From contig CM075995.1 of assembly GCA_038087875.1 (NCBI GenBank), positions 7,380,001-7,444,000 of the forward strand: a stretch of DNA of 64,000 bases. Direction: 5' to 3'. The position numbers and the translations under genes are program-made. Shown here in pieces: positions 1 through 12,090 of the stretch. Positions within the stretch are counted from its first letter, which is position 1, and each line of letters begins with the position of its first letter. This DNA is from Malacoraja senta (lineage: Eukaryota). Below the pieces are notes generated by a model. That model saw only the letters and a list, made by a program, of their open reading frames with translations. It was not told the origin of the DNA and searched no databases.

Positions 1-28
1 GCATAGGTTCCGAGGGAATGTGTGGGGT

Positions 29-210
29 GGAACTGCAGACGCTGGTTCAAACCGAAGACAAACCGAACTCAGCGGGTCAGGCAGCAACTCTGGTGAAAAG
101 GAATAGGTGACGTTTCGGATTGAGTCTGAAGAAGGGTCTTGACCCGAAACTTCACCTCTTCCTTTTCTCCAGAGATGACCAGTTGACTTACTCCAACGTT
201 TTATGTCTGT
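29..210. mobile_element. Penelope-like element (PLE) terminal-repeat fragments in inverted arrangement, with a degenerate hammerhead motif at 126-153
   Basis: ctgaagaagggtcttgacccgaaac on +, preceded by an inverted partial copy of the same repeat. Confidence 0.7.
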
Positions 211-591
211 TGCAGGTTTGGAGGGATATGGGCCAAACGCAGGCAGGTGGGACTAGTGTAGATAGGGTGGGTGTGGACAATAGACAATAGGTGCAGGAGT
301 AGGCCATTCGGCCCTTCGAGCCAGCACCGCCATTAAATGTGATCATGGCTGATCATCACCAATCAGTACCCCGTTCCTGCCTTCTCCCCATATCCACTGA
401 CTCTAGCTCTCTCTTGAAAGCATCCAGAGAACCTGCCTCCACCGCCCCTCTGAGGCAGAGAATTCCACAGACTCACCACTCTCTGTGTGAAAAAGTGTTT
501 CCTCGTCTCCGTTCTAAATGTCTTACTCCTTATTCTTAACCTGCTTATTCTTAAACTTCGGGTGGTTGGGCCGAAGGGCCTGTTTCGACGG

Positions 592-1085
592 GCACCCGAA
601 AAAGGGACCACATCACCCCCGATCCTGGCCCCTCTCCACTGGCTCCCTGTGCGGTTCCGTATAAACTTCAAGATCCTCCTCCATGCCTACAAAGCCCTCA
701 ATGGGCTTGCCCCCACCTACATAAAAAGTCTCCTCACCCACCACTCCACCTCCAGGCCCCTCAGATCGGCTGACTTGGGGTTGCTGAATATCCCGCGGTC
801 TAGGCATAAGCTCAGGGGCGATCGCGCCTTTGCGGTTGCAGCTCCTAGACTGTGGAACAGCATCCCCCTTCCCATCAGAACTGCCCCCTCCATCGACTCT
901 AAGTCAAGACTAAAGACTTATCTATACTCCCAAGCCTTTCCTGACGTCCTCTGAGTGAGGGCTACATGTATATATGTATATAGTTTGTTTTGTTCGTGCT
1001 ATTCTTATAACAAATGTAAAGCACTTTGGCCAACGAGAGTTGTTTTTTAAATGTGCTATATAAATAAATGTGACTTGACTTGACT
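592..1085 (+). mobile_element. L2-clade LINE, 3' fragment
   Basis: ORF2 C-terminus (HxTPILxxLHWLPV...RAFAVAAPRLWNSxP...LKTYL), followed by 3' UTR and a (tgact)n tail. Confidence 0.85.
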
Positions 1086-1239
1086 CCATGCTGATTCACT
1101 CTATGACCCTGGCTGTGGTCCCATTATGCTATTACAATTGGAATGCCTGTACATAAGCCTTAAATGGTCTGATTCCTCACTGTGTGACTCTGTGACTCCA
1201 TGACAATGCCCCTAACCTGTGAATGTTTCACTGTTGCAG

Positions 1240-1367
1240 CCGTGCTGTTCGCTCTGAGCACAGAACATACAACGGAAATTTATGTCGAGTTGGGCAAGAG
1301 AGTGGTGTTGCCTTGTGATGCGCACGAGAAGCGGGAGGTTGGCTACAGCGCTATCAGTTGGTACAAG
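1240..1367 (+). CDS. cd83: CD83 homolog, coding exon 2 (end of signal peptide + N-terminal half of Ig V domain)
   Basis: Acceptor ttgcag|, donor AAG|gtaaag; 128 nt, phase 1 to 0. Encodes VLFALSTEHTTEIYVELGKRVVLPCDAHEKREVGYSAISWYK with the B-strand Cys and C-strand Trp. The exon ends at W-x-K, as in mammalian CD83 (LPC...SWVK). Confidence 0.9.
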
Positions 1368-1469
1368 GTAAAGACAACCACAGCGGGTGCTGTCTGTACG
1401 GAGTTTGCACGATCTCCCCGTGACATGTTCCCGATGCTTGGGGGGGGATTCCAGAACCAGGGGTCACAG

Positions 1470-1995
1470 GTTAAGATTATTAAGGGTTTAGACACGCTAG
1501 AGGCAGGAAACATGTTCCCGATGTTAATTCCCGGGATGGCGGGACTGTCATATGCTGAGAGAATGGAGCGGCTGGGCTTGTACACTCTGGAGTTTAGAAG
1601 GAAGAGAGGGGAATCTCATTGAAACGTATAAGATTGTTAAGGGTTTGGACACGTTAGAGGCAGGAAACATGTTCCCGATGTTGGGGGAGTCCAGAACCAG
1701 GGGCCACAGTTTAAGGATAAGGGGTAAGCCATTTAGAACGGAGACGAGGAAACACTTTTTCACACCGGGAGTGGTGAGTCTGTGGAATTCTCTGCCTCAG
1801 AGGGCGGTGGAGGCAGGTTCTCTGGATGCTTTCAAGAGAGAGCTAGATAGGGCTCTTAAAAATAGCGGAGTCAGGGTATATGGGGAGAAGGCAGGAACGG
1901 GGTACTGATTGGGGATGATCAGCCATGATCACATTGAATGGCGGTGCTGGCTCGAAGGGCCGAATGGCCTACTCCTGCACCTATTGTCTATTGTG
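1470..1995 (+). mobile_element. CR1 LINE 3' fragment (young subfamily with ctattgt tail)
   Basis: RTRGHSL...FFxQRVVxLWNSLP...FKRELD motif, 3' UTR, (ctattgt)n tail. Confidence 0.9.
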
Positions 1996-2901
1996 ACCTG
2001 CGTGGGTTTCCTCCAGGATCTCTGGTTTCCTCCCACACTCCAAAGACTTGTAGGTTAATTGGCTTGGTATAAATGTAAATTGTCCCTTGTGTGTGTGTGT
2101 GTGTGTGTAGGATAGTGTTAGTCTATGGCATTACTGATGGCCGGGGTGGACTCGGTAGGTCATCTCTAAACTAGACTAAACTGCTGTGAAAGGCCTTTTT
2201 GTTGGTGCTATCCCGTCAGCAGAAAGACTATGCATGATTACAATCGAACCGTCAATAGACAATAGGTGCAGGAGTAGGCCATTCGGCCCTTCGAGCCAGC
2301 ACCGCCATTCAATGTGATCATGGCTGATCATCCCCAATCAGTACCCCGTTCCTGCCTTCTCCCCATATCCCCTGACTCCGCTATCTTTAAGAGCCCTATC
2401 CAGCTCTCTCTTGAAAGTATCCATAGAACCGGCCTCCACCGCCCTCTGAGGCAGAGAATTCCACAGACTCACAACTCTCTGTGTGAAAAAGTGTTTCTTC
2501 GTCTCCGTTCTAAATGGCTTACTCCTTATTCTTAAACTATGGTCCCTGGTTCTGGACTCCCCCCCAACATCGGGAACAGTATACAGATACAGGATAAATA
2601 GTCACCGTTAGTGATGTGGGTGAGGGTTTGCGTTTGTCCTGGTCACGTGTACTTGGCAAGGCCACCAGCGTAACCAAGGACAAGTCTCACCCCGGTCACA
2701 CGAACCAAGGAGGACCTGGCGTGGGGGGGGGACGGCCGTGAGGGAGGGGGAAGAACAATGGACAATGGGGTTCCCAGCGTGGGTGGGTGGGGGGGGGGGA
2801 ACAGATGGGGACCTGGCGCGGAAACTGTGTATACTTTGTCAACGCCCTTATGTGGCAGCTATTTGCATACCATGCCTATGGCAAGCAAAGAACTTCCCTG
2901 T

Positions 2902-4500
2902 CGACTCCATTGTTACAAGCTTTATTTGGGATTATAAGAATCATAGAATAAGTAAAAAACATTTATGTAAGTCAAAGAGCAACGGAGGTTTGGCTTTGCC
3001 AAATTTCTTATTTTATTTTTGGGCAGTCCATATTAAAAACATGAATTTCTGGCTGGAAGAAATGGACCAACAACCAGAATTGTTAAGGATGGAAAAGGAA
3101 GACTGTTTACCTTTTGAAATAGGTTCGATTATATTTGCTACCACAAAATTGCATTAAAAAACCTATAAGGAAAACCCTATAATACATAGTGGAATACGAA
3201 TTTGGAAACAATTAAAAAAGGCTTTAAAACGGAATAATATACCACTATGTCTTCCCATTGTAAATAATCCTCTATTCAAGCCATCCATATTGGATAGAGG
3301 TTTTATACAATGGAAAAATCATGGAATTAAAAGGATTGGACATCTTTATAGGGAAGGTATCTTTCTGTCATTTCAAGAGTTACAACAGAATCATGGACTG
3401 CACTCAAATAACTTGTTAAGATATTTACAAATTAGAGATTATGTTAAATCCAATACACAAGTTTATAGGACTAGGGAACCAGAAATTCTTGATGAATGTT
3501 TGAATAAGCATCCTATCACTGAAAAATTAATAGCTTATATTTATAACATTCTCTTAAATAATGAGGAACCACCGATGGAACTATATAGACATAAATGGGA
3601 AAATGAGTTAGGTTATCCTATTACGAAAGATATTTGGGACCAAAGTTTACAACATATACATCATTGCTCGTTAAATGCCAGACATGCTTTAATACAATTT
3701 AAAGTCTTACACAGATTACATTATTCCAAAATAAAACTAAATAGAATTTTCCCACATATTTCTCCTGTATGTGATAAATGCCTGCATCTAGAGGCCAATT
3801 TAACACATACCTTTGCAAATTGTATAAAAATTAAAAATTACTGGACTGATATCTTTCAAATAATCTCTGAAGTTGTTAATACCAAACTAGCTCCAGACTC
3901 AAAATTAATAATACTTGGGATATCAGAACAAAGTTTAACACTCGCAACAAGCCAAAGAAACTTCCTTGACTACAGTATAATAACAGGGAAAAAATTAATA
4001 TTAAAATTCTGGAAAGGCCCTACAACCCCCACAATTAAAATGTGGATTGTGGAAATGTCGGAGATCCTACATCTAGAAAGAATTAGACTTGTCTTAATGG
4101 ACAAGCAAGAACTTTTTGTTAAAATATGGGCTCCATTCATTGCCTATTTGAAGGGATAGAGTGGCTCAGCGCGAAAGCCCGACTCAAGCTCAGGATTAGA
4201 TGCAATTATATTTCATAACCTACGAACTTATCTCCTATGACGTATTATAAGTTATTCATTCCACCTTTTTTTCTTTTTTGATATTGAAATTCTTCTTTCT
4301 TTCTCTTCTTTCTCTCTATTTTTCTTTTTCTATCTATATAAAAAAAAAACCCACTAGAAGCAGAATTAACTGACAATTGACAAATTTAACAATGTATGGA
4401 TGATTGATGTATATGAAAAGTTTTTTCTTCTATTCCATTATAAGATGTTACTCTACACTGTAATATGTTTGCTTCTAATGTATATCACAAAAAAAAAAAA
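2902..4500 (+). mobile_element. 5'-truncated L1-clade LINE (ORF2 C-terminal part, disrupted) with poly(A) tail and TSD
   Basis: FIW...GGLALPNF, QFKVLHRLHY, CxxC...HxxxxC zinc knuckle, W..F terminus; poly(A) at ~4489-4503. TSD aaagaacttccctgt (2887-2901) / aaaggacttccctgt (4501-4515). Confidence 0.9.
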
Positions 4501-5488
4501 AAAGGACTTCCCTGTGACTTGTCAAGAAATGATTCATGAATTCTCCCCTCAGGCACGAGGTACAGAAGTGGGGGATACAAGAGTCCTCGTGATCGTAGTC
4601 ATGCCCCACCATGCAGCACATGATTCTGTCCTGCGACATACGTTGTTTGTGATATATATTAAGTCCTTGGATAGAGTGGACGTGGAGAGGATGTTTCCAC
4701 CAATGGGAGAGTCCAGGACCAGAGGCCACAGCCTCTGAATTAAAGGGTGTACCCTTATAGAGAAGATGAGGAGGAATTTCCTTAGTCAGTGGCTGGTGAA
4801 TCAGTGGAATTCATTGCCGCAGACGTCTGCGGAAGCCGTCAGTGGGTATATTCAAGGTGGAGATTGCCACGTTCTTGATTAGACAATAGACAATAGGTGC
4901 AGGAGTAGGCAATTCGGCCCTTCGCGCCAGCACCGCCATTCAATGTGATCGTGGCTGACCATCCCCAATCAGTTACCCCGTTCCTGCCTTCTTCCCATAT
5001 CCCCTGACTCCGCATTCTTTAAGAGCCCTATCTAGCTCTCCCTTGAATAGACAATAGACAAATTAGTACGGGTGTCAGGGGTTACGGGGAGAAGGCAGGA
5101 GAATGGGGTTGAGAGGGAAAGATAGATCAGCCATGATTGAATGGTCGGAATAGACCTGATGGGCCGAATGGCCTAATTTAGCTCCTATCATTTACGAGCT
5201 TATATACGACTTGGACGTCAATGTATCGGAAGGAACTGCAGATTCTGGTTTCAACCGAAGATGGGCACAAAAAAGCTGGATTAACTCGGCGGGACAGGCA
5301 GCGCCTCTGGAGAGAAGGAATGGGTGACGTTACGGGTCGAGGCCCTTCTTTCATACCGAGGGTCAGGGGATAAGGGAAATGAGAGATATAGACGATGATA
5401 TGGAGAGATATGCAGGACAATGAATAAAAGATATGCAAAAAAGTAGCGATGATAGAATCTAGGTCAATGCAGATGGGTTGGTTACTAA

Positions 5489-6095
5489 AGCCCCTGTCCC
5501 ACTTTCACGACCTAACTGGCGACCTCTGCCGAGTTTGCCCTCGACTCATACTCGCAGCCTGGTCGCCACGAGGTCGTAGGTCACTCTTCCTCGTGCTCGT
5601 GAGTGGTCTCCGCGTACTCGTGGCCTCAAGTAGGTCGCAGTGTTTTTTCCAGCCTGATAAAAAAATATCCACGAGTTAAAAAAAAGGTCGGCATGGAAAA
5701 AATGGATACTTTTTACTCGTAGGTAGGTCGTGATGGTAGTCGTAGGTCAGGAACTGGCCCGAGAAATAAAAAATATACACATGACACCATTTTATCATCT
5801 GATCATTTTCCACTCGTAGCCAGTCGGAGTTGGTCTTAGGTGTGGAAGACTAAGGTCGAGGGGGGTCGTAGGAGGTCGTAGACATGGTCGTAGGAGGTCG
5901 TAGACATGGTCGTAGGAGGTCGTAGACATAGTCGTAGGAGGTCGTAGACATAGTCGTAGGAGGTCGTAGACATAGTCGTCAAGGTCGTAGGAGGTCTTTT
6001 ACTTCGGCGAGTCAACACGACCGTGACATTTTTTTCAACTCGTCTATAGTGTCTTCTAAACTCGTGAATTAGGTCGTCCAAGTGGGACAGGCCCT
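5489..6095. mobile_element. PIF/Harbinger-like MITE with internal 21-bp tandem repeat (~5865-5995)
   Basis: TIRs agcccctgtcccactt / aagtgggacaggccct; homologous to the clean copy at 60059-60468. Confidence 0.8.
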
Positions 6096-6992
6096 ATAGT
6101 TTTTAATAACTGATACCAAAAACTGGTGGAGTTGCTGACTGTGAGGAAGTAAACAGCAAGATAGAGATCAAAGTCAAATTTATTCGTCACAATGCGCCAA
6201 CTAAGGTACTGGGAAATGATTTGCAATTGCAGAAATGAGCAGAGAAATAGCGGAAGGGGTTTGATTCGAGCATCTGTTAGCACTTCCACTTTGGGAGGTT
6301 AGATGTACAGTTAATGCCAAGACCCGTAACAGAGCGATGTACAGAGGTGATGTTGGGGTCCAAGTCTCTAACTCTATGAAAGTGGCAACTCAATTGGAAG
6401 GGGTACGGTATGCAGGCCTTCATCGGCCAGGGGGGGGATTGAGAACAAGACATGTTGTTTCTTTGTCAAACTGTGCTCGGTTTCACAGTTGGAGTTTTGC
6501 GGGCACTTCTGCTCGCCTCATTACAGGAAGGATGTGGGCGGCTTTGAAGACTGTGGGGAACGATAGGGGAACAGAACAAGACTGAACTAAATTAAAGAGG
6601 TGTCCCAGAATGTTGCCTGAATTATAAATTCAAACGTACATAAGTACTAGGAGCAGAATTAGGCCATTCGGCCCATCAAGTCCACTCCGCCATCCAATCG
6701 TGGCTGATCTATCCTTCCCTCTCAACCCCAATCTCCTGCCTTCTCCCCGTAACCCCTGACACCCGTACTAATGGGTGACTCTGACCCGAAACACCAACTA
6801 TCCATGTTCTCCAGAGACACTGCTTGACCCGCTGAGTTACTCCAGGACATTGTGTCTTTTTGTGTAAACCAGGTTAGAGTCATGGAGTTTAGTGCGTGGA
6901 AACTTCGGCCCAACTTGCCCACGCCGACCAACATGCGCCATCTACACCTGCGTTTGGCCCATATCCCTCTAAACCTGTCCTATCCATGTGCA

Positions 6993-7463
6993 GGTCCCAG
7001 GATGGCGGGACTGACATACGATGAGAGAATGGGTCGACTGGGCTTGTATTCACTGGAATTTAGAAGGATGAGTGGCGATCTTGTGGAAACATGTAAAATT
7101 CTTAAAGGACTGGACAGGCTAGATGCAGGAAAAATATTCCCGATGTTGAGGGGGTCCAGAACCAGGGGTCACAGTTTAAGAATACGGGGTTGGCCATTTA
7201 GGACTGAGATGAGGAAAAACTTGCTCACCCAGAGAGTTGTGAATCTGTGGAATTCTCTGCCACAGAAGGCAGTGGAGGCCAGTTCATTGGATGTTTTCAA
7301 GAGAGAGTTGGATTTAGCTCTTGGGGCTAACGGAATCAGGGGATATGGGGAAAAAGCAGGAACGGGGTACTGATTGTGGATGATCAGCCATGATGATGTT
7401 AAATGACAGTGCTGGCTCGAAGGGTGGAATGGCCTACTCCTGCACCTATTTTCTATGTTTCTA
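6993..7463 (+). mobile_element. CR1 LINE 3' fragment
   Basis: PRMAGLTYDER...RTRGHSL...WNSLP motifs; ttctatgt tail. Confidence 0.9.
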
Positions 7464-8010
7464 CCTGTCTAAATGTCTTTTAAACAATCTGCAGTTCCTT
7501 GTTCTTACATCGCTAACCAAATAGAAAGGGTTTTTCCATCTCTGCTATCGATAAACAGACCAGTCTGAAGAAGGGTCTCGACCCGAAACCTCGCCGATAC
7601 CTCCTCTCCATAGATGCTGCCTCACCCGCTGAGTTTCTCCAGCATTTTTTTTGTCTGCCTTCGCTTTTTCCAGCATCTGCAGTTCTTTCTTAAACAGACC
7701 AGCTTGAAAGACTGAAGAAGGGTCTCGACCCAAAAGGGTCTTGTCGCCTATTTCCTTCGCTCCATAGATGCTGCCTCGCCCGCTGAGTTTCTCCAGCACT
7801 CTTGTCTAGCTTGAAAGACTGGTCTGCCAAGTCGAGTCGCCCTGCCTCTCTCCTGCGGGTTTCACATAATGTTGTTTCCATAATAAGATTCCTGGCATCG
7901 GCCGGTGAAAGATAAATATTGCAAATGATCTCTCTGTATTGTAAGGTAGACAAAAAATGCTGGAGAAACTCAGCGAGTGAGGCAGCATCTATGGAGCGAA
8001 GGAAATAGGC

Positions 8011-8038
8011 GACGTTTCGGGTCGAGACCCTTCTTCAG
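8011..8038 (-). ncRNA. Minimal type I hammerhead ribozyme motif in PLE terminal repeat
   Basis: Minus strand reads CUGAAGA-A-GGGUC UC GACCC-GAAAC-GUC. Confidence 0.65.
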
Positions 8039-8764
8039 ACTGATGTGAGGGTGGGGGGGGGGGGGGGGATGAAGGAAGGACAGAGTTGACGTGGATAAGC
8101 TTTTTCCATTGAGAGTAGGGAAGATTCAAACAAGAGGACATGATTTGAGAATTAAGGGACAGAAGTTTAGGGGTAACATGAGGGGGAACTTCTTTACTCA
8201 GAGAGTGGTAGCTGTGTGGAATGAGCTTCCAGTGGAAGTGGTGGAGGCAGGTTCGATTTTATCATTTAAAAATAAACTGGATAGGTATATGGGCGGGAAA
8301 GGAATGGAGGGTTATGGTCTGAGTGCAGGCAGATGGGACTAGGTGAGAGTAAGTGTTCGGCACGGACTAGAAGGGCCGAGATGGCCTGTTTCCGTGCTGT
8401 AATTGTTATATGGTTATATGGTTAAGGAAGAGACGGAGACAGTGGGCTGAGGGAGAGCTGGGAAGGGGAGGAGAAAGCAGGGACTACCTGAAATTGGAGA
8501 AGTCAATGTTCATCTCTGTATGTATAATTCATTAGACTGTAGACTTTTGGACTGTAGAGATAGGGCGTGGAAACAGCGTTTAGCATTACAGCTTAGAGAT
8601 GCAGTGCGTGTGGAAGCAGGCCCTTTGGAGTAGACTTGACGGGTCGAATGGCCCAATTCTACTCCGATCACTTATGGGGAGAGCACAGGTGACAATCAAC
8701 TGAACTATCACGGGTAGGGCTGAATGGGCGGATGACCTCAAAGGGCTGAATGGCCTCATTCTTC

Positions 8765-8925
8765 TATCTCGTGGGGTTATTTTGGGAAATGTTCACTTCG
8801 TAATATGAGAAGTGGAACTGAAACTCATACTCTTCGTGGTGGGTGGGGACTGCCACAGAAATAACAACCTCGGCTAAAGTGTTAATAACCCCAGGAAATA
8901 CCCAAGGCAGTTCCATTGTTTCAAG
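8765..8925. promoter_or_regulatory. Candidate cd83 intron 2 enhancer (EICE + kB-like sites)
   Basis: Non-repetitive island with GGAACTGAAAC (8814-8824) and GGAAATACCC (8894-8903). Motif evidence only. Confidence 0.35.
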
Positions 8926-9160
8926 TCATGTATTATTGTCTTCCCGCAAACTGGATAGCACGCAACAAAAACTTCAGTACACGTGATAATAAACTAAAGT
9001 AAAGAGTACGACATGAGTGAGACTGCGTGGAAACAGGCCCTTCAGCCCAACCTGCCCACGCCGCCCAAAAATGTCCCATCTACACTGGTCCCACCTGCCT
9101 GCATTTGGCCCATATCCGTCTAAACCGGTCCTATCCATGTACCATGTCCAAACGTCTCTT

Positions 9161-9565
9161 CATCGGCGGTCACTTGAATCGAGTGTGACTGTCCTCTCCT
9201 GAGGACGCCCGTGCGTGACTTTGTTTAACGTGGGGAGACTGGTGCACAGACAGCCACCCCACGGTCCTTGACAGATCTGGGTCAGGATCCAGTGGCATGG
9301 AGTCCAAGACGACCGGAGACCCTTTTCTGCTGCAGCCTTCATCCGCCTTCCCAGCCGTTGTGACGCTCCACTAAGGCCAGCCATCATCCTCCGCCTGTTC
9401 CACCGTTGAGGTCTTGGTTGGATTGGCTCTTTGTCAGGGACCTCCCCCTCGACCTTACCGCCATGGGTGGCCCCACCAGGAGCATAGCTCCAGACGGCAT
9501 CGCTCTCAGGATCTCAGGTCCACACGAGCTTCTCCACCACGACAAGGTGACAATCCACGGAGAAG
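9161..9565 (-). mobile_element. Non-autonomous RTE-type short element (~405 bp) inserted in a CR1 fragment
   Basis: Non-coding. The 5' region resembles RTE-clade 5' UTRs (accttgtcgtggt...ggccacccatggc). Flanked by a degenerate 11-bp TSD aaacgtctctt (9150-9160) / aaaagtttctt (9566-9576); CR1 sequence continues on both sides. Confidence 0.7.
9419..9565 (-). ncRNA. Candidate HDV-like self-cleaving ribozyme at the 5' end of the RTE-type element
   Basis: Manual fold gives P1 CUUCUCC/GGAGAAG, P2 UGGAUUG-UC/GA-(GC)-CAAUCCA, P3 ACC/GGU, L3 UUGUCGU, P4 GGACCU/AGGUCC, J4/2 CAAA, in HDV order. Confidence 0.6.
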
Positions 9566-10502
9566 AAAAGTTTCTTAAACGTTGCGATAGTCCCTGCCTC
9601 AACTACCTCCTCTGGCAGCTCATTTCATACACCCTCTGCATACCCTTAGTCCCATGTTCCCCATCCCCTTTGTCTTACTGCTCTATTTTGTTTTGTTTAT
9701 TCCTGACTCTCAATGTAAAGCGACTTTGAGTCCTGAAAAGCGCTATATAAATAAAATCTATTATTATTATTATTATTATACACCCACCACCCTCTGCGTG
9801 AGAAAGATACCCCTCAGGTTCCTATTAAATCTTTCCGCCCTCATCTTAAACCTATGTCCTCTGGTCCTCGATTCCCCTACTCTGGGCAAGAGACTCTGTG
9901 CGTCTACCCGATCTATTCCTCTCATGATTTTGTACACCTCTATAAGATCACCCCCGCATCCTCCTGCGCTTCAAGGTATAAAGTCCCAGCCTGCTCAACC
10001 CCTCCCTGTAGCTCAGGCCCTCGAGTCCTGGCAATGGGACTGTTGGCTGTCCTTACAGTTGGCAATACACAAACAAGTTTTAAATATTGCTCCCTTTGTT
10101 CACTTAATCAACGTCTGTAAATTCTTGTACTTGCCGCAACTCGAAATCCAATCAGAAGACGACCAAAATAGTTTCAAAATGAACCATAAACCTGTCTCAA
10201 CCAGTTTATAATGATAAACAGCGCAAGGCAAAGTTCATGAAGAACTTGCACAGTTTACAGTTCAGTTGATTGTCCTGTGTACCGAGTTACAGTGCAAAGG
10301 TTTCGTTGCGTGCTAACCAGTCAGCGGGAAGACAATACATGATTACAATTAAGCCATTTACAGTGTACTGAAAACATGATAAGGGAATAACATTTCGTGC
10401 AAGGTAAAGCCGGCAAAGTCCGATCAAAGATAGTGCGAGGTGGACAAAAATGCTGGAGAAACTCAGCGGGTGAGGCAGCATCTATGGAGCGAAGGAATAG
10501 TT

Positions 10503-10530
10503 GACGTTTCGGGTCGAGACCCTTCTTCAG
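10503..10530 (-). ncRNA. Minimal hammerhead ribozyme motif (PLE repeat)
   Basis: CUGAAGAAGGGUCUCGACCCGAAACGUC on minus. Confidence 0.65.
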
Positions 10531-10539
10531 ACTGATTCA

Positions 10540-11115
10540 GGTCACGTTGCAGTTGTATACGACGTGGTGAGGCTGCATTTAGAATATTGTGTTCAGTTCT
10601 GGCCACCGTGTTATAGGAAAGATATTGTTCTTCTTGAAAGGGTTCAGGGAAGATTTACGAGGATGTTGCCAGGACTAGAGGGTGTGAGTTACAGGGGGAG
10701 AGGTTGAGTAGGCTGGGTCTCTATTCCTTGGAGTGCAGGAGGATGAGGGGTGATCTTATAGAGGTGTACAAAATCATGAGAGGAATAGATCGGGTAGACG
10801 CACAGGATCTCTTGTCCAGAGTAGGGGAATGGAGAACCAGAGGGCATGGGTTTAAGGTGAAGAGGAAAAGATTCAATAGGAATCTGAGGGGTACCATTCT
10901 CGCACAAAGGGTGGTGGATGTATGGAAAGAGCTGCCGGAGGAGGTAGTTGAGGCTGGGACTATCCCAACGTTTAAGAAACAGTTAGACAGGTACATGGAT
11001 AGGACAGATTTGGAGGGATATGGGCCAAACGCTGGCAGGTGGGACTAGTATAGCTGGGACATGTTGGCAAGTTGGGCCGAAGGGCCTGTTTCCACACTGT
11101 ATGTATCACTCTGTG
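10540..11115 (+). mobile_element. CR1 LINE 3' fragment (second subfamily)
   Basis: [27 protein letters not shown] motifs. Confidence 0.9.
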
Positions 11116-11292
11116 GCTCAATTTACAATAACATGTACAATACGAAACAATTCAAACAAAACCCACCACCATAATGCAAGTCAAACAAATATTATATTCA
11201 ATATACTATTCAACAACTATTTCCCCATCCAATGATTTGACTGGTTGTATGCAAAGCATTTTATTGTACCCAGGTAGATGTGATGATAGAGC

Positions 11293-11720
11293 ATGTGTAG
11301 AAAGAACCGCAGATGCTGGTTTAAATCAAAGATAGACACACAATGCCGGAGTAACTCAGCGGGACAGGCAGCGTCTCTGGACAGAAGGAATGGGCGACGT
11401 TTCGGGTCGAGACCCTTCTTCAGACCGATGTCAGGGGAGGGGGCGGGACAGAGATAGAATGTGGTCGGAGACAGTAAGACTGGTTGGAGAACTGGGAAAG
11501 GGGGAGAGGATGGAGAGGGAGGGAAAGCAAGGGGCTATCTTGAAGTTAAAGAAGTCAATGTTCATACCGTTGGGTTGTAAGCTGCCCAAGCGAAATATGA
11601 GGTGCTGTTCCTCCAATTTGCGCTGGGCCTCACTCTGACAGTGGAGGAGGCCCAGGACAGAAAGGTCAGTGTGGGGGAAATGGGAAGGGGAATTAAAGTG
11701 TTCGGCAACCGGGAGATCAG
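11293..11720 (-). mobile_element. Penelope-like element 3' end: GIY-YIG endonuclease C-terminus + terminal repeat with hammerhead (11396-11423)
   Basis: PVAEHFNSPSH...RKLEEQHLIFRLGSLQPNGMNIDF matches the PLE GIY-YIG end (E..LI..L....P.G.N). It is followed on the same strand by the hammerhead-bearing repeat. Confidence 0.88.
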
Positions 11721-11855
11721 GTGGAAAAAAAACCCCAATTTGCTTCTCTTTGCTTTCATCGACCAAATCTCAAAGGCCAGAGGAAGGTCACGTTGGGGTC
11801 AAGCATCATTGGATCATTGACGCTAACTCTCCCTCACCTGTTTATGCCTCTGTAG

Positions 11856-12084
11856 GTCGGTGATGATGGCATCAGGTTGTCAGGCATTGTTCTGAGGAAT
11901 TTCCAGGAGAAGAAGGTGAGGAAGTACTTAGGATGCACCATGGTTGTCACAGCCTCATCCGTCAGCCCCTACACCTTAACCATCTACAACATCTCCAGTC
12001 AAGACCTGGGAACATATCGTTGTTCGCTGTGGGCGCCAATCGGCGAGGAAAATAGAAGCGGACTCGTGAAGGCGACTGTCAAGG
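11856..12084 (+). CDS. cd83: CD83 homolog, coding exon 3 (C-terminal half of Ig V domain)
   Basis: Acceptor ctctgtag|, donor AAGG|gtaagt; 229 nt, phase 0 to 1. Encodes VGDDGIRLSGIVLRNFQEKKVRKYLGCTMVVTASSVSPYTLTIYNISSQDLGTYRCSLWAPIGEENRSGLVKATVK(G), with D-x-G-x-Y-x-C, the CD83-like APxGExNRxG motif and sequons NIS and NRS. In frame with exon 2. Confidence 0.92.
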
Positions 12085-12090
12085 GTAAGT

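Noticed and set aside
1..1239. cd83 exon 1 / start codon (ATG at 1200)
   Set aside because: The region is almost all repeats, and a good acceptor at 1238-1239 indicates a separate leader exon upstream of the window.
9505..9565. Shorter HDV fold using CUGA-GAUCC as J4/2-P2
   Set aside because: Leaves three unpaired bases between P2 and P3 and gives no proper P4; the longer fold fits the topology better.
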